A DNA stretch of 64,000 nt from Octopus bimaculoides. Lineage: Eukaryota. The stretch is from NCBI RefSeq assembly GCF_001194135.2, contig NC_068991.1, positions 50,608,909 to 50,672,908 of the forward strand. The letters run 5' to 3'. A program made the position numbers and the translations under genes. The notes below the pieces were generated by a model. That model saw only the letters and a list, made by a program, of their open reading frames with translations. It was not told the origin of the DNA and did no database searches. Below are positions 1 to 12,499 of the stretch, piece after piece; position 1 is the first letter of the stretch; every line of letters starts with the position of its first letter.

Positions 1-205
1 TATATATATATATATATATATATATTCCACGTGCATTTAAGTAGGCACACGTGCACGCGAATACATACATATATAATACATACATACATACATACATACA
101 TACATACCGAAAATATCGATTATGTCACATTTCCGTGGAAGACATTGCACATGTCATTAACAGCTGCCCAAAACTGTCATCAAAGTACTACCGTTCAATG
201 ACAAC

Positions 206-307
206 ATACAATGAAAAACAATATACAATGAAAAACAATATACAATGAAAAAACAATATACAATGAAAAAACAATATACAATGAAAAAACAATATACATT
301 GAAAAAA
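206..307. repeat. 17-18-bp tandem repeat (ATACAATGAAAAA[A]CAAT) x~5.5
   Basis: Direct inspection. Confidence 0.9.
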
Positions 308-1383
308 GACTGACCTGGACTAAATACAGAGATTCCTATTGTTATTAAATGTATAAGTATCAACGTAAGAAATATTGGTGGAACATTCCCATCAAAACTT
401 TACCAAGTGTAAACATAAAACACTTGACATTGTTATTTAGAGGTTAACTGTCCTATAGATATGTACATTTTCTTCCAAAACCAGCGAGGAAAATATTTAT
501 AGATAATTGCTTCGAAACCTCCAGCTTCTCTACACTGATTACAATTCAAATTTATACCAATAATCATCAATGTTCTTGGTTATAAAACACAATCTAGGGA
601 AGCTAGAATTTTTAAGCGAAGAAAGAGACTGGCTAACGCGCACGTTACGGATATAATCTGTAAGTGGAATAGTTAAAATATGCAAGGTTTTCGTAAAGTT
701 CAATAAATAATGATCAATGTTGTTGCTACCCAAATTCCAGTGATAAAACTTTTGTTTCTTTGTTAGAAACTAATTCATTTCTTCAATGAAGAATTCCAAT
801 AAAATAAATGAACACACGCGCACGTGCACTCGCATATACATACATACATACATACATACATACATACATAATTCAAACAAAGTACCGTTATCTTAAATTT
901 AAATTGTTAAAATTGACAACGACATGGTCATTTCGGATCTCAAACTGCTGAAAAGACCGTCGTGGGATTAATTTCACGGCGAGACTTAAATACACAGGAA
1001 TATAACTGTATTTATTTATATTCCAAACAGGAAATTTTGATAATAAATTTATTCCTAGAACGAGTGTTGTTGAAAAATAGTTAGATATCTGGGTTATTAT
1101 TGTAAGCAGTAGGATTAAGCTTCTCTGCTTTAAATTATCTTGATGAAAATGGTTACTGGTGAGAGAGCACTAAAGAGTGTCTTGGCGTCTTCAGTGGAGT
1201 TCAATGTATGTAGAAAGTTAATATTAAGTTCCTTTATCCTAAATTGATTACAAGATAATGAAATTTACAAGATGTGCTTCAACAGACGAACAGAAATTGG
1301 AACTTATTTCATCTTATTAACCACATGAAACTGAGGTGAAACTAAATATAAGTTGGAAGGCTGGAAATTTATAAATAGCGATA

Positions 1384-1785
1384 ACTAGCAATGTATCGCG
1401 GCGTTGCCCGGGTGTTATGACCTACAGCTACATTGTATTATTTATTTTCAGAATCTGCACAGCTGATATATAGTGAACTGAATTACTGGCGCAATAGAAG
1501 TTATTGTTTGTTTAAAAGTGAAGCGGGGAGAGGGTACAATTTATATGGGTTTGATGAAAGTGCTTTCTGTTCTTAAGAAGGATCACAAACTATGCATTGT
1601 TTCATCGTATAAAAGTGGGCTAACACAATTTTGCTCAGAAATCGCGTTTTTAGAATTTTAATTTCTCCCGTCCCACCGCAATTTTTTAATTTGTACCTTT
1701 TTTTCGAATTTTTTTTTATCCACGTAGAAAAATACAGAGATTTCAAATCTGAGAAATATATATATTTTTTAAAGTTTAATTTTTC
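1384..1785 (+). mobile_element. Non-autonomous Helitron-like element start
   Basis: ACTAGC...CGCGGCGTTGCCCGGG 5' motif, recalled as typical of invertebrate non-autonomous Helitrons; 3' boundary unclear. Confidence 0.45.
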
Positions 1786-1789
1786 TTAA

Positions 1790-2103
1790 AGAAACACTCA
1801 ATGCCCCTTCTCCCACCTCATCCACCCATCACCAACCCGCTTTCAGAAAGCTAAAATCTCTCAATGTTTCACTTCCGTCTGATGTTTCACATATGCGTAG
1901 AATTGTACTGAAATAGCTGACGTAAAACACACCAGACAACCACCAGAAACCCCGACATGCTAAAAGCAACAGGTAAACGACATTATTTCTGAAGAAACTT
2001 CGCCGATTTCCAAAAAGCTAAAAGTGAAATGTTGGGAGTGTGTAGCTTTTTGAAAGTGGTGAGGTGATGGGAGGATTTTTGGGAAGGAGATTTTAGTGTT
2101 TCT
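1790..2103. mobile_element. TTAA-flanked MITE-like element with ~80-bp imperfect TIRs (Kolobok-like ends)
   Basis: TTAA|AGAAACAC...GTGTTTCT|TTAA; inverted similarity between 1790-1872 and 2025-2103. Confidence 0.55.
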
Positions 2104-2689
2104 TTAAGATCAAACCAAATTTAGGCTAAAAGATTCTTGCTTAAGTTGTGATGGAGTTGGATTGAACTCAACACTAACATGTCAGGATTATGATGTGTGC
2201 CCCTCCTCTACCCCTGCCTGAGATGTAGAGGTAAAACTGTACATGTGATGGGCAAGTAATGTAATTGGTAGGTTTGGGTCCACTGAGGTAGAAATAATAA
2301 ACCCTGTGGAGCTGAAGCTGGCAGAATGAATCAGAAGAGTTATTTCCTAAATGATACGGAAGGAATAAAAGGGCACAGAATTGAGTAGTGGGATGTGAAA
2401 GACAGAAGTTTTGAGGAAATTTTCCATTGTATGAAACAAAAATTGATTAAGAACAAAAGGAAGGAAACCTGTCCACCTCACTTTTCCTTTTCCGTGAGGT
2501 ATGGAACTTTGAAGGACTGTTGTTCCAAAAATTCTGCCCAGAATGGAGTGCCAGACTAAATGCTTTATTCTATTCAGTTATGTTCCTCAGTATTGTGAGT
2601 TCAAATCCCACGAAAGTTAGTTTTACCTTTAATCAAAGAAGTATCAATAAAATAAATTACACTAGAATAGCTTGCCAATAACAACACAT

Positions 2690-3950
2690 TTCTCTATTCT
2701 TTTTGATTATCTTCATTCTTCTGTTGGAAAAAAGGTTTATTACATATACTCTTCTTCCCTTTGTTTTTATACAAATGCATTATAGTTGCATCTTTGAACT
2801 GCCGTGGAACAGATCCAGTTTCCCAGATCAAACAGATCAATTTGCACAGCTTACTTACAAGTTGTCTGCTACCATGCTTGTACACCTCTATGGGAATATC
2901 GTTTTGTTCAAGACCTTTACCATTGGAAAGTTTTTTGATAGTAGTACTTATCTCTTCCAAGGAAGGAGGATGTTCCACTAGTTCTTCAATTATAGATCAC
3001 TGGGGATTTTGTTGATTACATCAGTATCGGTAGAGGATTCTTGGTTTGATATAGATTTAAAGTGCCCAGCCCATCTTTTCAGAATTTCATCTTTCCTACT
3101 TAAGAGTTTTGTTTCCTCGTTAGAGAGTATATATTCTCTACTACCTTTTTGGGGAGCCAAACACATTTTTCAAAATGTTATATAGTGTTCTCAAGTTGTG
3201 AGAGTTAGCAGCCTGTTCCAATTCTTAGGTTTTTTTTGTCCACCAAATGTTTCATCTCATGCAGTTCTCTGCATAGTTTTTCTAGAGGAGATGTATAGGA
3301 ATCTGAATGTTGGCAAGTTTTTGTATGAGATCCATATCTTGTGTCTCTTGCGCAAAGTTTCTATGAGAGGTTTAATTTGAGAATCGTTCTTGTTGGTGTT
3401 TGTGTTTCACAAATCCTGGAACTACTTCATCAGATGATTTGATGTTGTCACGAATATTTCGCCAAAATACTTCAGGCATTCCTCTATTTCTGCAGGCTTT
3501 GAATTTAAATGTATTTCAAGATTTTTTGTCGTTTCCTGATTTTTTAAAGAAGCTACTGGATATAAACTGGATTACAGTGGCCTCTTTCCATATGGTTTAA
3601 CAAATACCTTTGCTGTGAACCATTCTGTGCTCCAAGTAACATTTGAGAGTTTTGTGAGTACTGGTGAATCTGAAATCACTGCAATCCTTGTTCTTAGTTA
3701 TAACATAGTCCAGCATGTACCAGGGACCAGACCAGGGATGCTTCCAGGTGCTCTTGTATTCGTCTGCCTTCCTAAACACTGTATTTGGTGCAGTTCCAGT
3801 CCCATTCATCTTGAAGTTGTGTGTCTGCAGAAGAAGCCTCACTGGCCAGCAAAAGTCAAATGCCACTCAAGGAGAAGATTGTTGGTCGGTACCAGTTTCT
3901 TGGGAAATCAATTGAAAGCAGAAAGGAGAGTGGCGGAATTATCATGAGAG
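2690..3950 (-). mobile_element. RTE-clade (BovB-like) LINE fragment: APE endonuclease end to RT start, frameshifted, 3'-truncated
   Basis: ORF 3597..3866 STWKHPWSGPWYMLDYVI (endonuclease) and ORF 2694..2978 PPSLEEISTTIKKLSNGK...IWETGSVPRQFKDATIMHLYKNKG (RT). Confidence 0.9.
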
Positions 3951-5472
3951 GTGACACTACTGTGGAGAGATGAACTGAATTTTCCAATCATTTCCCAGCT
4001 CGAAAATGTGCTTCATGTGTATGACAAATGCACCAAGAGAGGAAAATTCGAGCCATTAGAAGAACTTGTAGTGGAAATATATAGTCAGTACAAGGTGTTG
4101 ATGTGGCTGCGTGTATGTTATTACAATAGTTCATAAAGAGATGAAGAATAAATTCAAGACCTATATATTTACAACATAAAATATATTTTATTTACTGGTC
4201 GATGATGATAGATAGAATCAAAATGTAGAATCTAGTTGAATGAAGTAATCTATGCAAGAAAGTTCAGAGATAGAAAATGTAGAAATAACAGCTAAGTGGT
4301 GGTTTTCAGTCGTGTGGCGTAGAGAAATAGACGGACATAGCAATGACATGAAAGGGGGGGGGGGATGACTGCCTAGGGTGTGTGTAGTGGTCTACGTAAC
4401 TAAATAGTTGAATGAACTCCTTTGCAAGAAAGATTATAGAGTAACCTTCCTTGTCTAAGTTTCTCGAAGTATCTGTCATGAGACGTGTTTCTTAATTATT
4501 CAAGAAGCTTAGCGTTTCTCTTGGAAGTTTCTAGAATGTCTAGCATTCTGTTAATAAAAACAGCTTGCTAATCCTGCCCTTCGCTTCTTAGTCGGTTTGA
4601 CTTAGAGTCACTCACATAACGGGTGTTGATGTTGCAGATGTGCAAGATGAAAGAAGAACAGCGATCAAAGTTGATATAGACTCCAATTTTTTATTTTACC
4701 TTTACTCAATATAATGCTATGCTTCGACGGGCTGGTGTATGCAATAATATAAGTGGAAAAACATCTGAAGCTAAGAGAGTTAATTTCTTCTTTTTTGGTT
4801 TGTATTTGTGTTCTCATCGTTGAGTAGTAGTAAATCACAGATAGAGATTGGGTAATGTTGTAGAGAAAAGTGAGTTAGTGAAAGTGAGAGTAGTGGGATG
4901 AAACAACTGCTTCGTTGGTGAGTTACCATAATTGTCTCTCTGTGCCTTTTTCCTTCAGAGACGGCGTTTGCTTTAACCGGTCAACTAGACTCGGTTCTCA
5001 CTAACTGATTTTGGCTTACGGAGTTTTTCTATTTATAACTATACAAAATTAGTTAAAAAAATATTGCAGAGAACAATAGATATTCTCAATTATCTCAATT
5101 CTAACTTTTCATGGCCTAGAAGACGTTAAGAGGGTCAAGTGGCAAAGACATAAATCGGCTCGGCAAAACCCATATGTTAAATGTAACCATTGTTTTTCTC
5201 TGAGAGAAATGCTGTTGTAATGTTAAGAGAAATTTGCCGATTCAGGTTCGAATCTACTCTGTGCCTAAATGAAGTCACTACACATAGCTGCCTTTTTCAT
5301 TTTACTAGCCCTCACTGTCATCACACATCAAACTCTTTGGTGACCTGTGGACGGAAAAAGAAGCTTTGCCCAAATAATTACATGACATTCATAAAAAATG
5401 GAGAGCTTCTGATGCTGTTATTCGTTCTAGCAAGTGTTGATGCTAATGCAGTTTATTCTGTCTCATGCATAT

Positions 5473-5876
5473 GAAAAGTGCTTCAAATCATTCCAAGAAT
5501 TGTCTGCTCTCGTTTTGGCAATGAAACTTTCCATGAGGATGTGCAAAGCTTTTTCATTGCATAAGTTTTCATGCACATGCATTATGCCGCGTCATTGTGG
5601 TATGGTGCCATGTCTTGAAATGGCAAAGTGCACTGAACGTTCTCTCGCTTGTAACTAATTCTGTCATTGCATCAATCGAGAGAACGTTCAGCGCAATTCG
5701 CCGTTTGATAACCTGGCTCCGTACCACAATGACACAGCACCGCCTAACGCATTGTGCCATAATGCATGCGCATAAAAACTTGTGGAAGGAAAACGCTTTG
5801 CACATCCTCATGGAAAGTTTCATTGCCAAAACGAGCGAGCATGGAAAGATTTTTGGAATGATTTGAAGCGCTTTTC
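5473..5876. mobile_element. hAT transposase C-terminal (dimerisation) fragment duplicated in inverted orientation
   Basis: Plus arm encodes SIERTFSAIRRLITWLRTTMTQHRL; minus arm encodes SERTFSALCHFKTWHHTTMT. Arms 5473-5647 and 5677-5876. Confidence 0.85.
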
Positions 5877-5880
5877 TATA

Positions 5881-7106
5881 TATACGAGAATGGTCTGAAA
5901 AGTTCACTGGCTGACAATGAAAAAGAGGTGCGAGAGCTATGGAATCTTGCTTTTAGTAATTTCAAGTCTTCCCGTTAAAAACTGCGTTGTTTCTTTCCGA
6001 GTAAACTGACATCTGATTGTTCAGAGAAACTTCAAATGTAACTATTAGCAACTTCTTTTGAAAACTCAACAAAATTTGACATCGTGCTGTAATCAAGCAG
6101 CTACAGAAAAAGGGTCTAGCCCTCAAGGACATTCATGCTGACATAGTTAATACATTAGGGGATGACGCCCCAGCCTTATCAACAATGCAAAACTGGCATC
6201 TGAATTTAGCAAGGGAAGAGAGAGCCTTGAGACGATCCATAGTCTGGACGTCCTGCAGCTGCCACCACCGGTGAAAACATTGATCGTGTTCATCACATGG
6301 TGATGGATGACAGGCGATTGACTATAAATCAAATAGTCAATGTTATTAGCACATCACTCGAGAGAGTGCAGAATATTTTGCGCAATGAACTTAGCATGAC
6401 GTAAGTTTCTGTTCGTGGGTGCCATGTCTTCTGATACGTCATCAAAAAAGCACTAATTATGAAAATATTTGACATTGTTTGAGGCAGATCCTTGAACGTT
6501 TCTTAACCTTGGATGTGTGTTGGCTTCATCACTTTGAACCAGAAACAAAGAGGCAATTCATGCAGTGGAAACACTCCTCTTCACTCACTCCAAAGAAGGC
6601 AGCGTCGTTTCATCTGCAGGGAAGATGATGGCCTCAGTTGTTTGAAATGAAAAAGACATTGTGTTTATTGATTATCTTCAATGAGGAGTTCTATGCCAAC
6701 TTGTTAAGGGAGTTACGAAAGGCTATCAAGCCCTAACGCCCAGAAAAAACTGATGAATGGGTTCTTGTTTCATTAGGACAATGGCTGCTGTAAGTGACTA
6801 GCTTTGAACTGGTCGATCACCCTCTTTATGTTAGTGATTTGGTTCCATCTGACTATCATCTGTTTCCTAACATGAAAAAAACCCCATTTAGCTGGACACC
6901 AGTATCGCTGTGATAATGACGTCTTATCTGCTGTTGATGATTATTTTGACCAATAGTATATCTTCTTCACCAATGTGATCCAAGCACTGCAACACTGATG
7001 GAACTGTGTGGACAGTAAGAGGAACTACGCTAAAAATGAACTTCATTTGGTTACATTCCATGAGAATGTCTTACTCAGCCCATAAACTTTTCAGCCAACC
7101 CTCATA
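5881..7106 (+). mobile_element. Mariner (Tc1/mariner) element, near full length, degenerate
   Basis: TIRs tacgagaatggtctgaaaagttcactggctga / tcagcccataaacttttcagccaaccctcata with TA flanks. Transposase remnants AVIKQLQKKG, IVFIDYLQ and a PSDYHLFP motif. Confidence 0.9.
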
Positions 7107-7711
7107 ATAATAAAAATTATTATACCTGCATTTAAGGCGGCAAGCTGGTACTCCGTGAAAATGCTTAGTATTTCGTCCGTCTTTACATTCTGAGTACAAA
7201 TTCCGCCGAGGTTGACTTTGCCGTTCATCTTCACGGGGTTGATAAATTAAGTACCAGTCAAGTACTAGGGTCATGTGATCGACTATCCCCCTCCCCCAAA
7301 TTTCAGACCTTGAGCCTATAGTAGAATGGAGGAGAAAGGATTACACCTGCATTCGTTTTGATACTAACACTGAAAAAAATCCACTATTTTCGTCAAAAAT
7401 TTTGGACCTGAGTTTGCACCCCCTAATGAAATTTCGTTTCCGGGCCACTGGTGACACGTTGTTTTATGCGGGGAATAAGCAATGATTTGTTTCATTGAAA
7501 TATAGGAATATACTCAACAAAGAATTAAGTAAAAGAAGGTGAAACAATATTGAAATAAAAGAAACATTTCAGAGATCAAAATAAACACTAGTTTTTAACT
7601 GTTTTTATTTATGTATACAATATTGTCTACAGCAAGCCAGAGATATGAAATTTTGACAATCAATGTCTGTTTATATAATGATTGTAGTGATTTTTACGTT
7701 TTAACTTTTCA

Positions 7712-8105
7712 TATAGGCGCAGGAGTGGCTGTGTGGTAAGTAGCTTGCTTACCAACCACGTGGTTCCGGGTTCAGTCCCACTGCGTGGCACCTTGGGCAA
7801 GTGTCTTCTACTATAGCCTCGGGCTGACCAAAGCCTTGTGAGTGGATTTGGTAGACGGAAACTGAAAGAAGCCCGTCGTATATGTGTGTGTTTGTGTGTC
7901 TGTGTGTGTGTGAGTTTATCCCCCAAACATCGCTTGACAACCGATGCTGGTGTGTTTACGTCCCCGTAACTTAGCGGTTCGGCAAAAAGAGACCAATAGA
8001 ATAAGTACTAGGCTTACAAAGAATAAGTTCTGGGGTCGATTTGCTCGGCTAAAGACGGTGCTCCAGCATGGCCGCAGTCAAATGACTGAAGCAAGTAAAA
8101 GAAAA
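7712..8105 (+). mobile_element. tRNA-derived SINE family B. Also 58180-58590(+); partial copies at 50155-50245, 59770-59990, 60195-60362(-)
   Basis: tRNA-like head ggcgcaggagtggctgtgtggtaag...ggttcagtccc, central microsatellite and conserved tail. Confidence 0.9.
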
Positions 8106-8364
8106 CTAATAAAAGAATAACAAGGATACCTGTTAGACCCTTTTGGTAGAGTAAACTGGCTTTGACCAGCAAAAATGTATACGTCTGATGGATTCCCGCC
8201 GACTCTAGTGAGAACAACATACCACTGACCATGGGAAAGTAAGTGACATGAATTAGACAGAAAAACGAATATTTATTCGTAAGTTTTCTTGGGGAAAATT
8301 TTCAAAAACAGAGATTCATAGTCCTCTTTCCCTTTTGTAATAAACTTACTTCTTTTAAAAGACG

Positions 8365-8367
<3 letters not shown>

Positions 8368-8435
<68 letters not shown>

Positions 8436-9250
8436 NNNNNNNNNNNNNNNNNNNNNNNNNNNNNNNNNNNNNNNNNNNNNNNNNNNNNNNNNNNNNNNNN
8501 NNNNNNNNNNNNNNNNNNNNNNNNNNNNNNNNNNNNNNNNNNNNNNNNNNNNNNNNNNNNNNNNNNNNNNNNNNNNNNNNNNNNNNNNNNNNNNNNNNNN
8601 NNNNNNNNNNNNNNNNNNNNNNNNNNNNNNNNNNNNNNNNNNNNNNNNNNNNNNNNNNNNNNNNNNNNNNNNNNNNNNNNNNNNNNNNNNNNNNNNNNNN
8701 NNNNNNNNNNNNNNNNNNNNNNNNNNNNNNNNNNNNNNNNNNNNNNNNNNNNNNNNNNNNNNNNNNNNNNNNNNNNNNNNNNNNNNNNNNNNNNNNNNNN
8801 NNNNNNNNNNNNNNNNNNNNNNNNNNNNNNNNNNNNNNNNNNNNNNNNNNNNNNNNNNNNNNNNNNNNNNNNNNNNNNNNNNNNNNNNNNNNNNNNNNNN
8901 NNNNNNNNNNNNNNNNNNNNNNNNNNNNNNNNNNNNNNNNNNNNNNNNNNNNNNNNNNNNNNNNNNNNNNNNNNNNNNNNNNNNNNNNNNNNNNNNNNNN
9001 NNNNNNNNNNNNNNNNNNNNNNNNNNNNNNNNNNNNNNNNNNNNNNNNNNNNNNNNNNNNNNNNNNNNNNNNNNNNNNNNNNNNNNNNNNNNNNNNNNNN
9101 NNNNNNNNNNNNNNNNNNNNNNNNNNNNNNNNNNNNNNNNNNNNNNNNNNNNNNNNNNNNNNNNNNNNNNNNNNNNNNNNNNNNNNNNNNNNNNNNNNNN
9201 NNNNNNNNNNNNNNNNNNNNNNNNNNNNNNNNNNNNNNNNNNNNNNNNNN

Positions 9251-9306
<56 letters not shown>
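8368..9306. repeat. (CT)n(CA)n | N-gap 8435-9250 | (ATAG)n microsatellites
   Basis: Direct inspection. Confidence 0.95.
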
Positions 9307-9307
<1 letters not shown>

Positions 9308-9854
9308 AGGATGAAATTCCTTACTGTGGAGAAAGTAACTTTTTAAAAACAAATATAAAAGAAATTTAAAGAACGGAGATTCAGAATTTTCTTTTTATTT
9401 TATGAGAAATTTTCTTCTTCCATAATTTTTTTTTAATTTTCGAAAGTGGTAGTTTAATGATTCAATGACCGTGTTGAGAAGTGTGTGTGTGTGTGTGTGT
9501 GTGCATACATACATGCATACATATATACATACATACATACATACATACATACATACACAGACAGAAGAAAGAGGTGGGGAGAGTTGAAAGCCAAACCGGA
9601 AATTACAAACAGATGTCACAAAAATTAAGATAAAACTAATACAGACTGGTTTCTAAGTCTAATTTCATACAGTTTATTTTACTCTTTAAAAGGCCACAGG
9701 AAAAGTTTATGAAAATGCTTTCGGTGACATTGTTTGGCAAGTTTCAGAGCTTGTTTGAGGCTTGTTGAAACTGCCCGATACTAATTTTCCAGATTCTTAG
9801 CAGAATACAAATACGAAAGCGTTACCTCGAATATATAAAGTACATGATTGCAAC

Positions 9855-10060
9855 GAGCTGGCAGAATCGTTAGTACGCCTGGCAAAATGCTTAGCGGCAT
9901 TTCGTCCGTCTGTACGTTCTGAGTTCAAATTCTGCCTTGGCTGACTTTACTTTTCATCTTTTCGGATTCGATAAAATAAGTACCAGTTGAGGACTAGAGT
10001 GGTTGTAATCGACTTACCCCTCTCCCCAACATTCAGGCGTTGTGCCAAAATTTGAAACCA
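9855..10060 (+). mobile_element. SINE family A (gagctggcagaatcgttag...gttcaaattc...aagtaccagttg). Also 7140-7330, 10657-10862, 12232-12365, 16918-17128(-), 26315-26470, 34085-34290, 44350-44575, 46125-46322(-), 48490-48870, 52075-52575
   Basis: Repeated ~200-bp unit with A/B-box-like motifs. Confidence 0.9.
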
Positions 10061-10541
10061 ATTTAAAGCACACGCAAAAGATAGATTATTCATAAAATTA
10101 AGATGTTATGTCAAAACTGAAGAATATCCTAAAAAAAAAAAATGCTTAATGGTGAATTCGGTTGCATTCAAACACAATTTGAGAAATGATTAAGTGTTTA
10201 GAGTTGTGGAGTTAACCCGATAATATGTCATGATTTATTTTGTTTAATTATACTTTGTTTTAACTATTATTTTTTTGCACTTTTAAAAAATAAATTCCAT
10301 GCAAATCTGTGTGGGCTTGTATGCATGAATGTATTTGCATTTGTTTATAGCTAAGTATATGTATCTAGTTGTGTATGTGTGTGTGTGTGCGCGCGACGTC
10401 TTTCCATATACACTACAACGTCCCGTCCCCCTCCTCACTCTCTTCATATACGTGGATGGGATTTTTCTCACACTTTCCATTACCTTTTCTATTTTTGTAA
10501 CCCCTAGAGAAAGTTTTGTATTTTGGCACTTGATCGAGTCC

Positions 10542-10651
<110 letters not shown>

Positions 10652-11740
10652 GAGGTAGATTGGCGGAATCGTTAGGGCGTCGGAAAAGATACTTTGCGAT
10701 GTTGGTTCCGGCTTTTTACGTTTTGAGTTGAAATCCTGCCAAGATTAACTTTGTTTTCCATCATCTTTTCAGGGTCGATAAAATAAAGTATTAATCAAGT
10801 AATGGAGACGGGAGGTATCGACTCACCCCCACGCCCCTCAAAGTTGCTCGCCTTGTGCCTCAATNNNNNNNNNNNNNNNNNNNNNNNNNNNNNNNNNNNN
10901 NNNNNNNNNNNNNNNNNNNNNNNNNNNNNNNNNNNNNNNNNNNNNNNNNNNNNNNNNNNNNNNNNNNNNNNNNNNNNNNNNNNNNNNNNNNNNNNNNNNN
11001 NNNNNNNNNNNNNNNNNNNNNNNNNNNNNNNNNNNNNNNNNNNNNNNNNNNNNNNNNNNNNNNNNNNNNNNNNNNNNNNNNNNNNNNNNNNNNNNNNNNN
11101 NNNNNNNNNNNNNNNNNNNNNNNNNNNNNNNNNNNNNNNNNNNNNNNNNNNNNNNNNNNNNNNNNNNNNNNNNNNNNNNNNNNNNNNNNNNNNNNNNNNN
11201 NNNNNNNNNNNNNNNNNNNNNNNNNNNNNNNNNNNNNNNNNNNNNNNNNNNNNNNNNNNNNNNNNNNNNNNNNNNNNNNNNNNNNNNNNNNNNNNNNNNN
11301 NNNNNNNNNNNNNNNNNNNNNNNNNNNNNNNNNNNNNNNNNNNNNNNNNNNNNNNNNNNNNNNNNNNNNNNNNNNNNNNNNNNNNNNNNNNNNNNNNNNN
11401 NNNNNNNNNNNNNNNNNNNNNNNNNNNNNNNNNNNNNNNNNNNNNNNNNNNNNNNNNNNNNNNNNNNNNNNNNNNNNNNNNNNNNNNNNNNNNNNNNNNN
11501 NNNNNNNNNNNNNNNNNNNNNNNNNNNNNNNNNNNNNNNNNNNNNNNNNNNNNNNNNNNNNNNNNNNNNNNNNNNNNNNNNNNNNNNNNNNNNNNNNNNN
11601 NNNNNNNNNNNNNNNNNNNNNNNNNNNNNNNNNNNNNNNNNNNNNNNNNNNNNNNNNNNNNNNNNNNNNNNNNNNNNNNNNNNNNNNNNNNNNNNNNNNN
11701 NNNNNNNNNNNNNNNNNNNNNNNNNNNNNNNNNNNNNNNN

Positions 11741-12064
11741 TTTTTTTTTTTGTCAAAATCCAACGTTTTCAGATACGGAGATTCCGGAAAATTGCAAAAA
11801 ATCGGGATTTTGAATTCCTTCCCCCCTTATTCCCCGGCCAATTTCTTCATTTTTCACTTTTTCCGTAATCCTAACCCTAAAACTCCAACCCTAACCCTAA
11901 CCCTAAAACCCAAAAACCCTAACCCTAAAACCCTAACCTTAACTCTAAAACCCTAACCCTAACCCTAACCTTAAGTAGAAAAATTTTTGGAAATTTTTGT
12001 CAGAATCATATTCTCCGTATTTTTCCACATATTTTGAAGTCTTGCCGTCAAATGTAATACTTCC
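11741..12064. mobile_element. Dispersed element containing an interstitial telomeric-like array (CCCTAA/CCCTAAAA) at 11870-11974
   Basis: About 15 variant CCCTAA units. Short inverted motif ATACGGAGA / TCTCCGTAT brackets the array. Confidence 0.7.
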
Positions 12065-12385
12065 ATACTCTATATTTACTCAATAACAAGAGTAAAGAAG
12101 TTTTCTGAATTCGTCTACTCATGGGAAAGTAAAAGCCTCCGTAAAACACAGCTAAACAAGTCAATAGATACAGATACATTTTGACCAAAGAAACTACTGG
12201 TTTGTCGGTGCGAAAGCTTGTGAGTGTGCTAAGTTGGCAGAATCGATAGCGCAGTGGACAATGTTATATTTGGGATATTTCGTTACAGGTCTTATACGTT
12301 CTGAGTTCAAATTCTACTAAAGTTAAAATTTTGCTTTTTATCCTTCCAGATAAATTTACCAGTTATGATCTGGCGATGATCATAT

Positions 12386-12425
12386 ACTGTCTGACGAACG
12401 GGAACGTGAAACTCTGAGTAACAGT
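12386..12425 (+). ncRNA. Minimal type I hammerhead ribozyme motif
   Basis: ACTGT-CTGACGA-ACG GGAA CGT-GAA-ACTC T GAGT-A-ACAGT. Intact core, stem I 5 bp, stem II 3 bp with a GNRA loop, palindromic stem III, GUA cleavage triplet after 12420. AATAAA at 12451-12456. Confidence 0.8.
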
Positions 12426-12499
12426 TTTTGTGATATTTCTGCTGCTTTTAAATAAAGCATATTACTCCACCTCTGGTATTGAGTACTCTTTTTTCCCAG

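Noticed and set aside
4210-4620. Possible solo LTR (short internal repeat, AATAAA near the end)
   Set aside because: Could not define TG...CA ends, a TSD or a PBS.
11870-11974. True telomere or chromosome end
   Set aside because: Short, variant-rich and flanked by ordinary sequence in mid-scaffold.
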